This document shows, piece after piece, positions 47,808 to 59,909 of a stretch of 64,000 nucleotides of DNA. The notes under the pieces were generated by a model that saw only the letters and a list, made by a program, of their open reading frames with translations, made no database searches and had not been told where the DNA came from. Each line of letters begins with the position of its first letter. Positions within the stretch are counted from its first letter, which is position 1. The translations under genes and the position numbers were made by a program. The DNA is from Squalus acanthias (taxonomy: Eukaryota), in the NCBI GenBank assembly GCA_030390025.1, contig CM059431.1:149856001-149920000 (forward strand), written 5' to 3'.

Positions 47808-48039
47808 CAATCCCAAACGGGCCTGGATCTGTTCCTCCACCTTTGGGATTTGCCACCAAATGGCACCGGGGACGATGGTCATGGTCAGGGTCTGGATGAG
47901 GTTGAGCCAGGACAGGATAATTTCTCGCCGTTGCTTGAAGTTACGGGCTGTCAGGGTGTGGTAATGTGTCCAAAAGGAGGAGGCCCATCTTCCATCCTGC
48001 TCCTCTTCCGAGGTCAGTGACGACATCGGGAGGGAGGGA
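47808..48039 (-). CDS. Isolated exon resembling a white/ABCG half-transporter (linker, TM1, start of TM2)
   Basis: WASSFWTHYHTLTARNFKQRREIILSWLNLIQTLTMTIVPGAIWWQIPKVEEQIQARLGL, then TTG|GTACGT donor exactly where similarity ends. The 5' boundary is uncertain (weak acceptor; in-frame stop just upstream). Confidence 0.65.
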
Positions 48040-48381
48040 CTTGATTAGATTGTTACATTCAACGATCATGGGGAGCAGATAGAGACGCGTCCGGATTGCC
48101 AGAGGAGCGACGAGCGCTCCCCGGGCAGGTACAGCACGGGTTAGATCCAGTCTAGAGCTTCTTCTATATACCTTGACAGTGTGTCCCCCATTTTATACCC
48201 CGTGTCAGCATTGAGCGCTCGCAGGGCAGGTAGAGCACGGGTTAGATAGAGTGTAGAGCTCCCTCTACATTACCCAGACAGTGTGTCCCCCACTTTATAC
48301 CCAGTGTCATCATCGTGCGCTCCCAGGGCAGGAAGAGCACGGGATAGACACAGTGTAGAGCTCCCTCTACATTACCCTGAC

Positions 48382-48500
48382 GAAGGAGCAGAGCTCCGAA
48401 AGCTTATGATTTCAAATAAAGTTGTTGGACTATAACCTGTTGGTGTGCGACTTCTCACATGTGTCCACCCCAGTCAAACACCGGCATCGCCGCATCATGG
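48382..48500 (+). mobile_element. Short Penelope terminal insertion beginning at a hammerhead-like core
   Basis: CTGACGAAGGAGCAGAGCTCCGAAAGCTT; 15-bp direct repeat CTACATTACCCTGAC (48367-48381 and 48501-48515). Confidence 0.8.
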
Positions 48501-48540
48501 CTACATTACCCTGACAATGTGTCCACACATTATACACATT

Positions 48541-49281
48541 GGGCCGAAAATTGATCTCGGTGCGCGAGAGTACGCACTGCGTACTCTCGCGTATCCCCAC
48601 TCCAATTGCCGGTTTTCTGCATGCCCTGCGCATGCGCTGAAAACCGGCAATTGCTCTTCCGAAAAGGGGGCGGGGCCTGGGTGCATCGCGTGCGCGCTAC
48701 AGGCTGCGCGCACGCTGTGCACTTCATGCTTTGGACGCGCAGGTAAGTAGGGAAGATTTTGGAAATGTAAAAAGGAGGAGTAAGACCCGCTTTTAAGAAG
48801 GTAAGTAGTGAATTAAGTATTTTTTTGAATTTTTTTTTACAGGTATATCTTTTTTATAAACTTTAAAGACAGGTAAGTTTATTTTTATAACTTTTTAAAA
48901 GATTTTAAATTTTTTCAAAAATTTAATTTTTTATTTAAAATGGTTAATTTAATTAACTATACTTATTTTATTAATGTGATGGCTTTTTTTAATTTAATTG
49001 AGGTTTAGCTGTTATTTTGGGGGGGTGTAAGATTCATAAGTCTCACAGCCATGCTGTGAGACTTCTGAATGGAAGATGGTGTGCTGCCATTGGCTCTAAC
49101 TGAGTCACGTGATCCCACAGCTCGCACGAATTAACTACGCCGCTGGGATACGCAAGCCCAGCACAGCTGATGTCTGGAACATCAAGTTCGTGCGAGCTGG
49201 ATCAGAAAAAGCATAAGCGAGGTGAGACATCGCGGGGAAGGCTTACCCCCGCGGGAACAGAGCGAGATCAATTTCTGGGCC
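48541..49281. mobile_element. Non-autonomous DNA transposon (MITE), PIF/Harbinger-like
   Basis: Terminal inverted repeats GGGCCGAAAATTGATCTCG and CGAGATCAATTTCTGGGCC; apparent 3-bp target duplication ATT/AAT; the satellite unit resumes across it. Confidence 0.75.
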
Positions 49282-50544
49282 AATGTCTGCATCTAACGCT
49301 CCCATGGCCGGTGCAGCATGGGTTAAATACATTGTAGAGCTCACTCTACATTACCCTGACAGTGTGTCCCCCACTTTATACCCAGTGTCAGCATCGAGTG
49401 CTCCCAGGGCAGGTACAGCACGGGTTAGATACAGTGCAGAGCTCCCTCTACATTACCCTGACAGTGTAACCCCACGTTATACCCAGTGTCAGCACTGAGC
49501 GCTCCCAGGGCAGGTACCGCATGATTTAGATACAGTGCAGAGCTCTCTCCACATTACCCTGACAGTGTTTCCCCCACTTTATACCCAGTGTCAGCATCGA
49601 GCGCTCCCGGGGCAGGTATAGCATGGGTTAGATACAGTGTAGAGCTCCCCCTACAACACCCTGACAGTGTGTCCCCCACTTTGTACCCATTGTCAGCATC
49701 GAACGCTCCCGGGGCACGTACAGCACGGTTTAGATAAAGTAGAGCTCCCTCTATATCACCTTGAAAGTGTGCCTTGCACCTTGTAGAGAGAGGATTGCCG
49801 TACAAGTGATATTGCACGTCTCTGATAGATATATGGCTATGCATGCTCCGGCAAGGTGATTAACTTGAACACAATGACTGAACGACTCTCAGGTGATATG
49901 AAATGATATTTAATTGCACACGTCTGGTACGGACTGATCATAAAACTCTTTATTCATTGACATAACATAATACAGCCGTCACACAGTCTAATTCCAATGA
50001 TAAACCTCGGGCACTCGAGAGGATTCAGTGAGAGCAACATTCACAGATAACGTGCAGTTAAAGGCACAGGCCACCAGGGCCAGAGGTCAAACTGCTCTAT
50101 CCGGGGTGGGTGTTGGGGAGAGGGTGGGGTTTGGGGAGATGGGGTGACTGAAGTCACCCCAACGCATCCGATGGCGTTTATTCGGGCAGCGTGGAATATA
50201 TTCGATCGGTTTGGAAACCCGCTCATTCCCTACTATTTTCCGCATCGTGCTTTGATCCTGGGCGGTCGGTCAAAGTTCCGGTTCGGTCGCGAGCTCCAGG
50301 CTGGATCAGTCCGTCGCCCCTCACCTGCCCCGACCAGCACAACCCGAGAGGTCGGGGATGGGATAATCGGCAAGGCTGGCAGGGCCGCATTCGCCCCCCG
50401 CTCCCCCCAACACGCTCCAGGTAGCCAGCCCGTTCCGATTGGGGCCGGGCACAATTCAGCGTGTGAGGGGAGGTCGCGAAAGTCAGCCTCAGCAGAGTGG
50501 GACGGGAGTCACGTGTAGACCGCAGCTTGTGGGCAAAATGGCCT

Positions 50545-51912
50545 CCACCTGTTCCTGCAAAACGGGCTCTAGCGGCTGATTTGCCTCCTCCTGTTCCTGT
50601 GTAACAGGCTCGAGGGGCTGAATGGACACCTCTTCCTGTGTAACAGGCTGGCGGGGGTGAATGGGCCTACTCCTGTTCCTGTGCAACAGCTTCGAGGGGA
50701 TGAATGGGTCTCCTCCTTTTCCTGTGTAATGGGCTCGAGGGGGCTGAATGACATCCTCCTGTTCCTAGAGCAACGGGTTCGAGGGGCTGATTGGCCTCCT
50801 CCTGTAACTATAGTAAGAGGCTCGAGGGGCTGAATGGGCTACTCCTTTTCCTGTGTAACAGCCTCCAGGGATTCAATGGGCCTCCTCCTGTTCCTGTGTA
50901 ATGGGCTCGAAGGGGCTGAATGACCTCTGCCTGTTCCCATGTAACTGGCTCGAAGGGGCTGAATGACCTCCTCCTGTTCCGACGCCACAGGCTAGAGGGG
51001 GCTGAATGGCCTCCTCCTGTTCCTGTGTAACAGGCTCGAGGGGATGAATGGCCACTTCCAGATCCAGTGTATCCGGCTCGATGGGGGCTGAATGGCCTCC
51101 TCCTGTTCCTGTGTAACGGGCTCGACCGGCTGAATGGACCTACTCTTATTTATATGCAACAGGCTCGAGCGGCTGAATGGGCCTCTTCCTGTTCCTGTGT
51201 AATGTGCTCGAGGGTTGAATGGGCCTCCTCCTTTCCCTGTGTAATGTGTTCGAGGGGCTGAATGTGCTTCCTCCTGTTCCTGTGTAACACGCTCGAGAAG
51301 CTAAATGGCCAACCGTTCCTGTGTAACAGGCTCGATGGACTGAATGGCCATCTGTTCCTTTGTAACAGGCTTGAGGAGCTGGATGTGCATACTCCTGTTC
51401 CTGTGTAACAGGCTCGAAAGAGCTGAATGAGCCTGCTCCTTTTACTGTGCAACGGGATAGAGGAGCTGAATGGCCTACTCTTGTTCCTGTGTCACAGCCT
51501 CGAGTGGTTGAATGTGCCTCCTCCTGTTCCTGCATAATGGGCACGAAGAGGCTGAATGACCTCCTCCTGTTCACGTGTAACTGGCTCGAGGGGGAGAATG
51601 GCTCTCTCCTGTTCCTGCGTAATAGGTTTGAGGGGCTGATTTGCCTCCCACTGTTCCAGTGTAACAGACTCAAGGGGCTGAATGGGCTACTCCTGTTCCT
51701 GTGTAACAGGTTCGAGGCGATGAATGGCGTCTTCCTGTTGCAGTGTAACAGGCCCGAGGGGCTGAAAGTCCTCCTCCTGTCCCTGTGTAACTGGCTCGAG
51801 AGGCTGAATGGGCCTACTCCTTTTCCTATAGTAACAGGCACGAGGGGGCAGATTTGACCTACTCCTTTTCCTATAGTAACAGGCTCGAGGGGACTGATTG
51901 GCCTACTCCTGT
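50545..51912. repeat. Minisatellite E, about 42-bp unit (GGCTCGAGGGGCTGAATGGCCTCCTCCTGTTCCTGTGTAACA)
   Basis: About 32 units; resembles the CR1 3' tail. Confidence 0.92.
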
Positions 51913-52044
51913 TTCTTCGAGTCAACCGGTTGTTGTTTTCCCACAAATCTGACAGTTTTTCACCATCACTTTGATACGGGGCCAGCCCTTAAACCACCAG
52001 ATTTCAAGATTTTAATTTCGCAATCTACCAAATTCATAGATAGA

Positions 52045-52645
52045 AGGAACTCTCATTTCTACGGCCCCTGTCACCACCTCAGGACGTCTCAAAACGCTCC
52101 ACAATCAAGGAAGGACTTTTGAAGTGCAGTCACTGTTGTGCGGCCGGGAACGTTGCAGCCAATTTACGCACAGCAAGCTCCCACAAACAGCATTGCGAAA
52201 ATGAACAAAACATCTGTTTTTTTAGGGCTGTTGTTTGAGAGATTAATATCGGGCCCAGGACACCAGGGAGAACTCCTCCTGCTCTTCTTCCAATAGCAGC
52301 TGTGGGAACTTTTACTTCCACCTGAGAGGGCAGACGGGGTCACCGATTTAACGTCTCATCTGAAAGTCGGCACCTCCGACAGTGCAGTGTCCGTCAGTAA
52401 TGCCCCTCTGACAGTGCAGTGTCCGTCTGTACTGCACCTCCGACAGTGCAGTGTCCGTCAGTACTGCCCCTCCGACAGTGCAGCACTCGCTCAGTACTAC
52501 CCCTCCAACAGTGCAGTGTCCGTCAGTACGGCCCCTCCAACAGTGCAGTGTCCGTAAGTACTGCCCCTCCAACAGTGCAGCGCGATCCCTCAGTACTCCC
52601 TTTCCGACAGTGCATGGTTCGTCAGTACTGCCCCTCCGATAGTGC
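52045..52645 (-). mobile_element. Deu-domain SINE running into a 33-bp array (52370-52645)
   Basis: CAGGACACCAGGGAGAACTCCTCCTGCTCTTCTTC is the reverse of the Deu-like core at about 25310-25350. Confidence 0.75.
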
Positions 52646-52649
52646 AAGC

Positions 52650-52850
52650 TACTATATTAGCCACAACCCCATGAGTCCTTATTTTGTGTAATAACCTTTT
52701 ACCTGACACCAAATCGAATGCCTTATGGAAATCCAAATATTCTAAATTCACTGGCATCCCTTTATCTACGCTGCTCCTTACATTCTCAAAACACTCTAAT
52801 AAATTTGTAAAACAAGATTTCCCTTTCATTAAAACATGTTGACTCAACCT
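52650..52850 (-). mobile_element. CR1 RT fragment
   Basis: MKGKSCFTNLLECFE...YLDFHKAFD. Confidence 0.85.
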
Positions 52851-53296
52851 TTTCACGTTATCACCTACATAGACCAGGGATCTCCTACACAGAGCCATAG
52901 ATCTCCTACAGTATCCAGATATCTCCTGCACAAAGCAAGGAATATCCTACACAGACCAGCGATCTCCCACACAGACCAGGGATCTCCTACACTGATTGGT
53001 GAGCTTCGACACAGACCAGGGATCTCCTACACAGACCAGTGAGCTTCGACACAGACCAGGGATCTCCTACACAGACCGGTGAGTTTCGACACAGACCAGG
53101 GATCTCCTACACAGTGTCAGAGATCTCCTTCAGAGACCAGCGATCTACGGCACAATGCTAAGGAACTCCTAATCAGACCACAGATCACAGACACAGAGCC
53201 AGGAATGTCCTGCAGAGACCAGAGATCTCCTACACAGAGAAAGCGATCTCCTACACTGACACAGGGATATCCTTCACAGACCAGGGATATCTTACA

Positions 53297-53645
53297 TAAG
53301 AACAATTTGTATTTATATCGCGCATTTAACGTGGTAAAACGTCCCAAGGCGCTACACAGGAATAATATAAGACAAAAAAATTGATACCGAGCCACATAAG
53401 GAGACATTACAGCAGGTGACAAAAAGTTTATTCAAAGAGGTAGGTTTTAAGGAGCGTCTTAAAGGATGAAAGGGAGGCAGCGAGCCGGAGAGGTTTAGGC
53501 AGCGAATTCCAGAGCTTAGGGACTAGGCAACAGATGGTACCGTCACCAATGGTTGAGCGATTATTATCAGGGATGCTCAAGAGGGCAGAATTAAAGGAGC
53601 GCTGATATCTCGGGGTATTTTGGGGCTGAAGGAGATTACAGACAA
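53297..53645 (-). mobile_element. L2-type LINE 3' end
   Basis: PKLWNSLPKPLRLAASLSSFKTLLKTYLFE in minus ORF 53428-53706; tail like that of the Deu-SINEs. Confidence 0.8.
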
Positions 53646-54234
53646 AGGGACTCCAACACAGGCACAGGGATCTCCTACACAGACCAGGGATCTCCCACAC
53701 AGACACAGGGAGCTCCTACACAGACAAAGGGGCTTCCACACAGACACAGGGATATCCTACACAGACCAGGTATCTCCCTCACAGAAACAAGGAGAACCAA
53801 CACAGACACAGGCAGTTCCTACACTGATCACGGAACTCCTACACAGACCAGGGATAACCTACACAGACCAGGGATAACCTACACAGTTCAGGGCTCTCCA
53901 ACACAGACCAGCGATCTCCCACACAGTTCAGAGATCGCCCACAGAGACCAGGGATTTCCTACACAGACCAGGGATCTCCTACACAGACCAGAGATTTTGT
54001 ACACAGACCAACCATATCCTGTATAGAGCCAGGGATCTCTTACACAGAGAGAGAGACCTTTTTCACTGAGCCATGGATCTCCAACAAAGAGCCGGTTATC
54101 TCCAACACAGAGCAAGGGAGTTCCTACACAGACCAGGAATCTCCTACACGGACTAGGGATCTCCTACGCAGACCAGCGATCTCCTACACAGATCCAGGGA
54201 GCTCCTACACAAAGCCAGGGATCTCCTAGATAAA

Positions 54235-56600
54235 GGAACCTAAGAACATACGAATTAGGAGCAGGAGTAGGCCTCTCGGTCCCTCTAGACTGCTCCGCCA
54301 TTCAATTAGATCATGACTTATCTAATTTCTCCACTTTCCCACCTAGCCCCGATAACCATTCCTCCACTTGCTTATCAATAATATATCTAGCTCTGCCTTC
54401 AATCTATTCAAAGACTCTGCTCCTATCGCCCTCTGAGGAAGTGTGTTCCAAAGACTCACGAGCCTTTGTGAGAAAAAATGTCTCCTTATCACTGTCTTAT
54501 CTGGGCGACCCCTTATTTTTAAACAGTGACCCCTGGTTCTAGATTCTCCCACACGATTAAACATCCACTCCACATCCAGCCTGTCCAGACCCCTCAGGAT
54601 CTTATATGTTTCAATCAAGTCACCTCTTACTCTTCGGAACTCCAGAGGATTCAAGCCTAGCCTTTCCAACCTTTCCTCATAAGACAACCAGTCCATTCCA
54701 GGTATTAGTCTATTTAAGCTTCTCTGAACTGCTTCCAACGCATTTACATCCTTCCTTAAGTAAGGAGAGCAATACTGTACACTGTACTCCATATGTGGTC
54801 ACACGAATGCCATGTATAACTGAAGCATAACCTATCTACTTTTGTATTCAATTTCCCTCGTATTAAACGATAACATTCTATTAGCTTTCCTAATTACTTG
54901 CTGTACCTGCATAATAACTTTTTGCGATTCATGCACTCGGACACCCAGATCCCTCTGCATCTCAGAGCTGTGCAATTTCTCACCATTTAGATAATATGCT
55001 TCTGTTGTATTCTTCCTGCCAAAATGGACAATTGCGCATTTTCCCTCATTTTACTCCATTTGCCAGAACTTTGCCCACTCACTTAACCTATCTATAACCC
55101 TTTCTAGCCTCCTTATGCCCTCTTCACAATTTACTTTCCTACCTATCTTTCTGTCATCAGCAAATTTAGCAACCATAACTTCGGTCCCTTCATCCAAGTC
55201 ATTTATATAATTTGTAAAAATGTGAGGCCTGATCCCTGTGGCACAAAACTCGCTACATCTTGTCATCGTTATATCTTGTTAATCAGAAAATGACCCGTTT
55301 ATGCATACTCTCTGTTTCCTATTAGCTAGCCAATCTTCTATCCATGCCAATATGTTACCCCCTACAAAATTAGCTTTTATTTTCCGCAGCAAACTTAGAT
55401 GTGGCATCTTATCAAATGCCTTCTGTAAATCTAAGTAAAGTACTTCCACCGGTTCCCCCTCATCCAAAGCACATGTTACTTCCTCAAAGAACTCCAATAA
55501 ATTAGTTAAACATGATTTCCTTTTCTCAAAATCATGTTGACTCTGCCTGATTACCTTGAACGTTTCTAAGTGCCCTGCTACAACTACTTTAATAATGGCT
55601 TCTAACATCTGCCCTACGACAATTGTTAAGCTAACTGGCTTGTAGTTTCCTGCTTTCTGGACCCCTCCCTTTTTAAATAAAGGAGTTACATTCGCTATTT
55701 TCCAATCTAATGGAACCTTCCCCGAATCTAGGGAATTTTGGAAAATTCAAAACAACGCATCAACTATCTCACTTTCCACTTCTTTTAAGCCCCTAGGATG
55801 AAGTCCATCAGTACCCGGGGACATGTCAGCCCGCAGCTCCAACACTTTGCTCAGTACCACTTCATTGGTGATTGTAATTTTCTTGAGTTCCTCCCTACCT
55901 TCCATTTCCTGATTTACAGCTGTTTCTGGGTAGATAATTGTGTCCTCAATACTGAAGACCGAAGCAAAATAACTGTTCAATTCATCTTCCAATTTCCTTA
56001 TTTTCCATTATTAATTCCGCAGACTCAATTTTTATAGGATCAACGCTCACTTTGTTAAATCTTTTCTTTTTAAAATATCTATAGAAACTCTTACTATCTG
56101 TTTTTATATTTCTTTCTAGCTTCTTTCGTAATCTCATTTTTCTCTCCTTATTAATCTTTTAGTCATTCTTTGCTATTTTTATATTCTCTCCAATCTTCTG
56201 ACCTGTCACCCATCTTTGTGCAAATATATGCAATTTCTTTAAGTTTAATACTATCTTTAACTTTTTTAGTTAACCACGGATGGTGGGTCCTCCCCTTTGA
56301 ATGTTTCTTTCTCGTTGGAATGTATATATTCTCTGTATTCTGAAATGTCCCCTTAAATGTCTGCCTCTGCAACTCTATTGACATATCCCTTAACCTAATT
56401 TGCCATCTCAATTTAGCTAGCTCTGCTTTCATGCCCTCTTAATTGCCCTCATTTAAGTTTAAAATATTAGTTTTGGACCCACTCTTCTCTCCCTCAAACT
56501 GAATATAAAATTCAATTATATTATGATCTCTGCTACCTAGAGGCGGCTTCACTATCAGGTAATTAATTAATCATATCTTGTTGCACAATACCAGGGCTAA
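54235..56600 (-). mobile_element. Decayed 5'-truncated CR1 LINE
   Basis: Successive minus ORFs from 54343 to 56432 with linker and RT motifs; tail at about 54240. Confidence 0.9.
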
Positions 56601-57094
56601 TATACATAGAATCAGGGATTTCCTACACAGAGACAATGATCTCTTACATAGACCAGAAAGCTCCCATACAGAGCCAGGGATTTCCTACACAGACCAGGGA
56701 CATTCTACATAGATGACAAATCACCTACACAGACCATGGATCTACTACACGGTGCCAGGGATCCCCTACACAGAACCTGCGAGCTCCTGCAAGGACCAGG
56801 ATCTCCTACACAGACAATGGATCTCCTCAACAGAGACACGGATCTCCTACACTTAGCCAGTTGTCTCCTACACAGACCAGGGTTTCCCTACACAATGACA
56901 GGGTTCTCAACGATAATCCTGGACCGATCCTGCTCTGTGTGTTGTGCTCAGTGTAACACGGGCTGATATGTGATAACTCACCACAGTCTGCAAAATGATC
57001 CTGAACTGATCCTGTCTTGTGTGGCACAGTACCACACGAGTGAAGTGAAGTAACATACCAGAAGCCGGGAATGGATACTGGGCCCTTCCTGCAA

Positions 57095-58862
57095 GGGAGA
57101 ATTTATAATGGGGAACAAGGAAATGATAAAGCAAATAAACAAATCTTTAGTTTCTTTCTTCACGGAAGAGGACACAAATAACTTCCAAGAAAAGCGAAGG
57201 AAACCAAGGGTCCAGTGAGAAGCAGGAATTAAAGGAAATTAGTATTAGTAAAAAAATTGTGCTGGAGATTCTAATGGTACTGAAAGCCGATAAATCCCCA
57301 CGGCCTGATAATCTGCACCACAGAGTATTAAAGAGGTAGCCATGGAAACAGTGGATGCATTGGATGACATCTTCCAAAATTCTATAGTTTATGGAACTGT
57401 TCCTGCAGGTTGGAGGGTGATAAATATAGCCCCACTTTTTAAAAAAGGAGGGAGAGAGAAAAAAGGAATCTACAGACGGGTTGGTCAAACATCAGAAGTA
57501 GGGAAAAGGCTACAGAGTATTATAAAGGATGCGATAACAGCACACTTAGAAAATTTCAACTGGATTAGAGAAAGTTAGCATAGATTTATGAAAGGGTAAT
57601 CGTGTTTGACAAACCTACTGGAGTTTTTTGAGGATGTAACTGGTAGAATAGATAAGGGAGAACCAGTGAATGTGGGGTATTTGGATTTTCAGAAGTCCTT
57701 TGATACAGTCCCAGATAAGAGGTTAGTGTGTACACTTAAAGCACATGGGATTGGGGTAATACACTGGCATGGATTGAAAATTGGTTAACAGAGATGAAAC
57801 GGAGAGTAGGAATAAATGGGTAATTTTCAGGGTGGCAAGCAGGTACCGCAGGGATCAGTGCTTGGGCCCCAGCTATTCACAACATATATATCAATGATTT
57901 GGATGAGGGAACCAAATGTAATATTTGCAAGTTTGCTGACGACACGAAACTAGGTGGATTTGTGAGTTGTGAGGAGGATGCAAAGAGGCTTCAAAGCGAT
58001 TTAAACAAGTTGAGTGAGTGTGCAAATACATGGCAGATGCAGCATAACGTGGATAAAAGTGAGGTAATCCTCTTCGGTAGGAAAAACAGCGAGGCAGAGT
58101 ATTATTTAAATGGTGATAGATTCGGAAATGTTGATGTGCAAACGGACCTGGGTGTCCTATTACACCAGTCACTGAAAGAAAACATGCAGGTGCAGCAAGC
58201 AGTTAGGAAAGCAAATGGTATGTTGACCTACTTTGCAAGAGGATTAGAGTACAGGAGCAAGGAAGCCTTACGACAGTTATACAGGGCCTTTGTGAGACCA
58301 CACCTGGAGTACTGTGTGCAGTTTGGGTCTCCTTACCTAAGAAAGTATATACTTTCCATAGAGGTAGTGCAGCGAAGGTTCACCAGACTGATTCCTGGGA
58401 TGGCAGGACTGTCGTATGAGGAGAGATTAGGTCGGCAAAACCTGTACTCACTTGAGTTTCGAAGAATGGGAGGGGACCTCATTGAAACTTAGACATTTCT
58501 GACAGGGCTAGACAGACTGGAGGCGGAGAGGATGTATCCCCTGGCTGAGGGGTCTCGAACGAGGAGTCACAGTCTCAGGATACGGGGTAGGACATTCAGG
58601 AATGAGAGGAGGAGAATTATTTTCATTCAGAGGGTGGTGAAACTGTGGAATTCTCCATCACAGAACGCGGTGTAGGCAAAGTAAATGAATATATTTAAGA
58701 AGGAGATAGATAGATTTCTAGAAACAAAAGTCATCAAGGGGTATGGGGAGAGAGCGGGAATATAGTAATGAGATAGAGGATCAGCCATGTTCATATTGAA
58801 TGGCGTAGCAGGCTCGAAGGGCCGAATGGCCTAATCCTGCTCCTATTTTTCTGTGTTACTAT
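57095..58862 (+). mobile_element. Decayed 5'-truncated CR1 LINE
   Basis: ORFs from 57342 to 58492 with RT motifs (KFADD, VRPHLEYCVQF); tail to about 58862. Confidence 0.9.
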
Positions 58863-59077
58863 GTGTGGGTTCCAGCACCATGCTAGGAGAGCTGAGCTAA
58901 CAGAAAGGCCGTGAATATCCTGCGCTTTCCTCTTTAGTGGGACACAGTACCATACCAGCTTGGATCAGCTAACTCACCACAGGCCTGGGATGTGGACTTG
59001 GCGTTTCCGCTTTGAAGCTTAGAAGCAAACCTCGCGAGATAATCTAGCATAAAACTGTCCGAGAATGCATACCCCTG

Positions 59078-59905
59078 GCAACAAGAGCTGGACGACTTTC
59101 AGGCATGGACTGATAAGTGGTAGGTAACTTTAGCACCACACAAGTGCCAGGCAATGACTATCTCCAACAAGCGCGAGACTAACCACCGCCCCTTAACATT
59201 CAACGGCATTACCATGACAGAATCCCACACCATGAAAATACTGTGGTTCACCATTGAACAGCAAATTAACTGGACCAGCCACATATGTAATGTGGCAACA
59301 AGAGTAGGGCAGAGGCTGCGTATTCAGCGGCTAGTGTCGCATCTCCTGACTCCCCAAAGCCTTCCAACCATCTACAACGCACATGTATGGAATGTGATCG
59401 AATACTCTTACTTGCCTGGATGAGTGCAGCTCCAACTGCACACAGTAAGCTCGTCGCCATCGAGGACAAAGCAGCCCGCTTGATTGGCACCCCATCCACC
59501 ACCTTAAACATTCTCTCCCTCCACCACCGGTGTACCGTGGCTGCAGTGTGTACCATCTACAAGATGCACTGCAACAACATCCAAGGCTTCTTCGGCAGCA
59601 CTTCCCAAACACGCGACCACTACCATCTGGAAGGACAAGGGCAGCAGGCGCATGGGAACACCAGCACCTCCAAGTTCCCCTCCAAAACACACCCCATTCT
59701 GACTTGGAAATATATAGCCGTCCCTTCATCGTCCCTGGTTCAATATCCTGGAACACTCTCAGAAAAAGCACTTTGGAAGTACATTCAGCACACGGACTGC
59801 AGGCTTTCAAGACGGCGGCTCTCCACCACCTTCTCAAGTGTAACTAGGGATGGGCAATAGATTCTGGCCTTGCCAGCAACGCCCACACCCCATCAATGAA
59901 TAAAG
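59078..59905 (+). mobile_element. Family B LINE 3' fragment
   Basis: Colinear with 41450-42290. Confidence 0.85.
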
Positions 59906-59909
59906 GTAG

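Larger units (their letters stand above)
48113..49780. repeat. About 101-bp variant of minisatellite D, interrupted by a Penelope fragment and a MITE
   Basis: TTAGAT at 48141 and 48242; the unit carries an extra CAGTGTGTCCCCCACTTTATACC segment. Confidence 0.85.
52865..56905. repeat. Minisatellite F, 20-22-bp unit (ACACAGACCAGGGATCTCCT), in blocks at about 52865-53295, 53645-54230 and 56605-56905
   Basis: Directly visible; split by L2 and CR1 insertions. Confidence 0.9.

Noticed and set aside
45816..47866. Long overlapping ORFs (up to 241 aa) on both strands
   Set aside because: They are translations of the 33-bp satellite; a unit length divisible by 3 keeps frames open.
50150..50560. Possible further ABCG exons on the minus strand (CAG|GATCAAAGC..., TTTTGCAG|GAACAGG...)
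   Set aside because: The peptides show no recognisable ABC motifs, and one acceptor overlaps satellite sequence.
51067..51946. 266-aa and other ORFs
   Set aside because: They are translations of the CR1-tail-like minisatellite, with no protein-like features.
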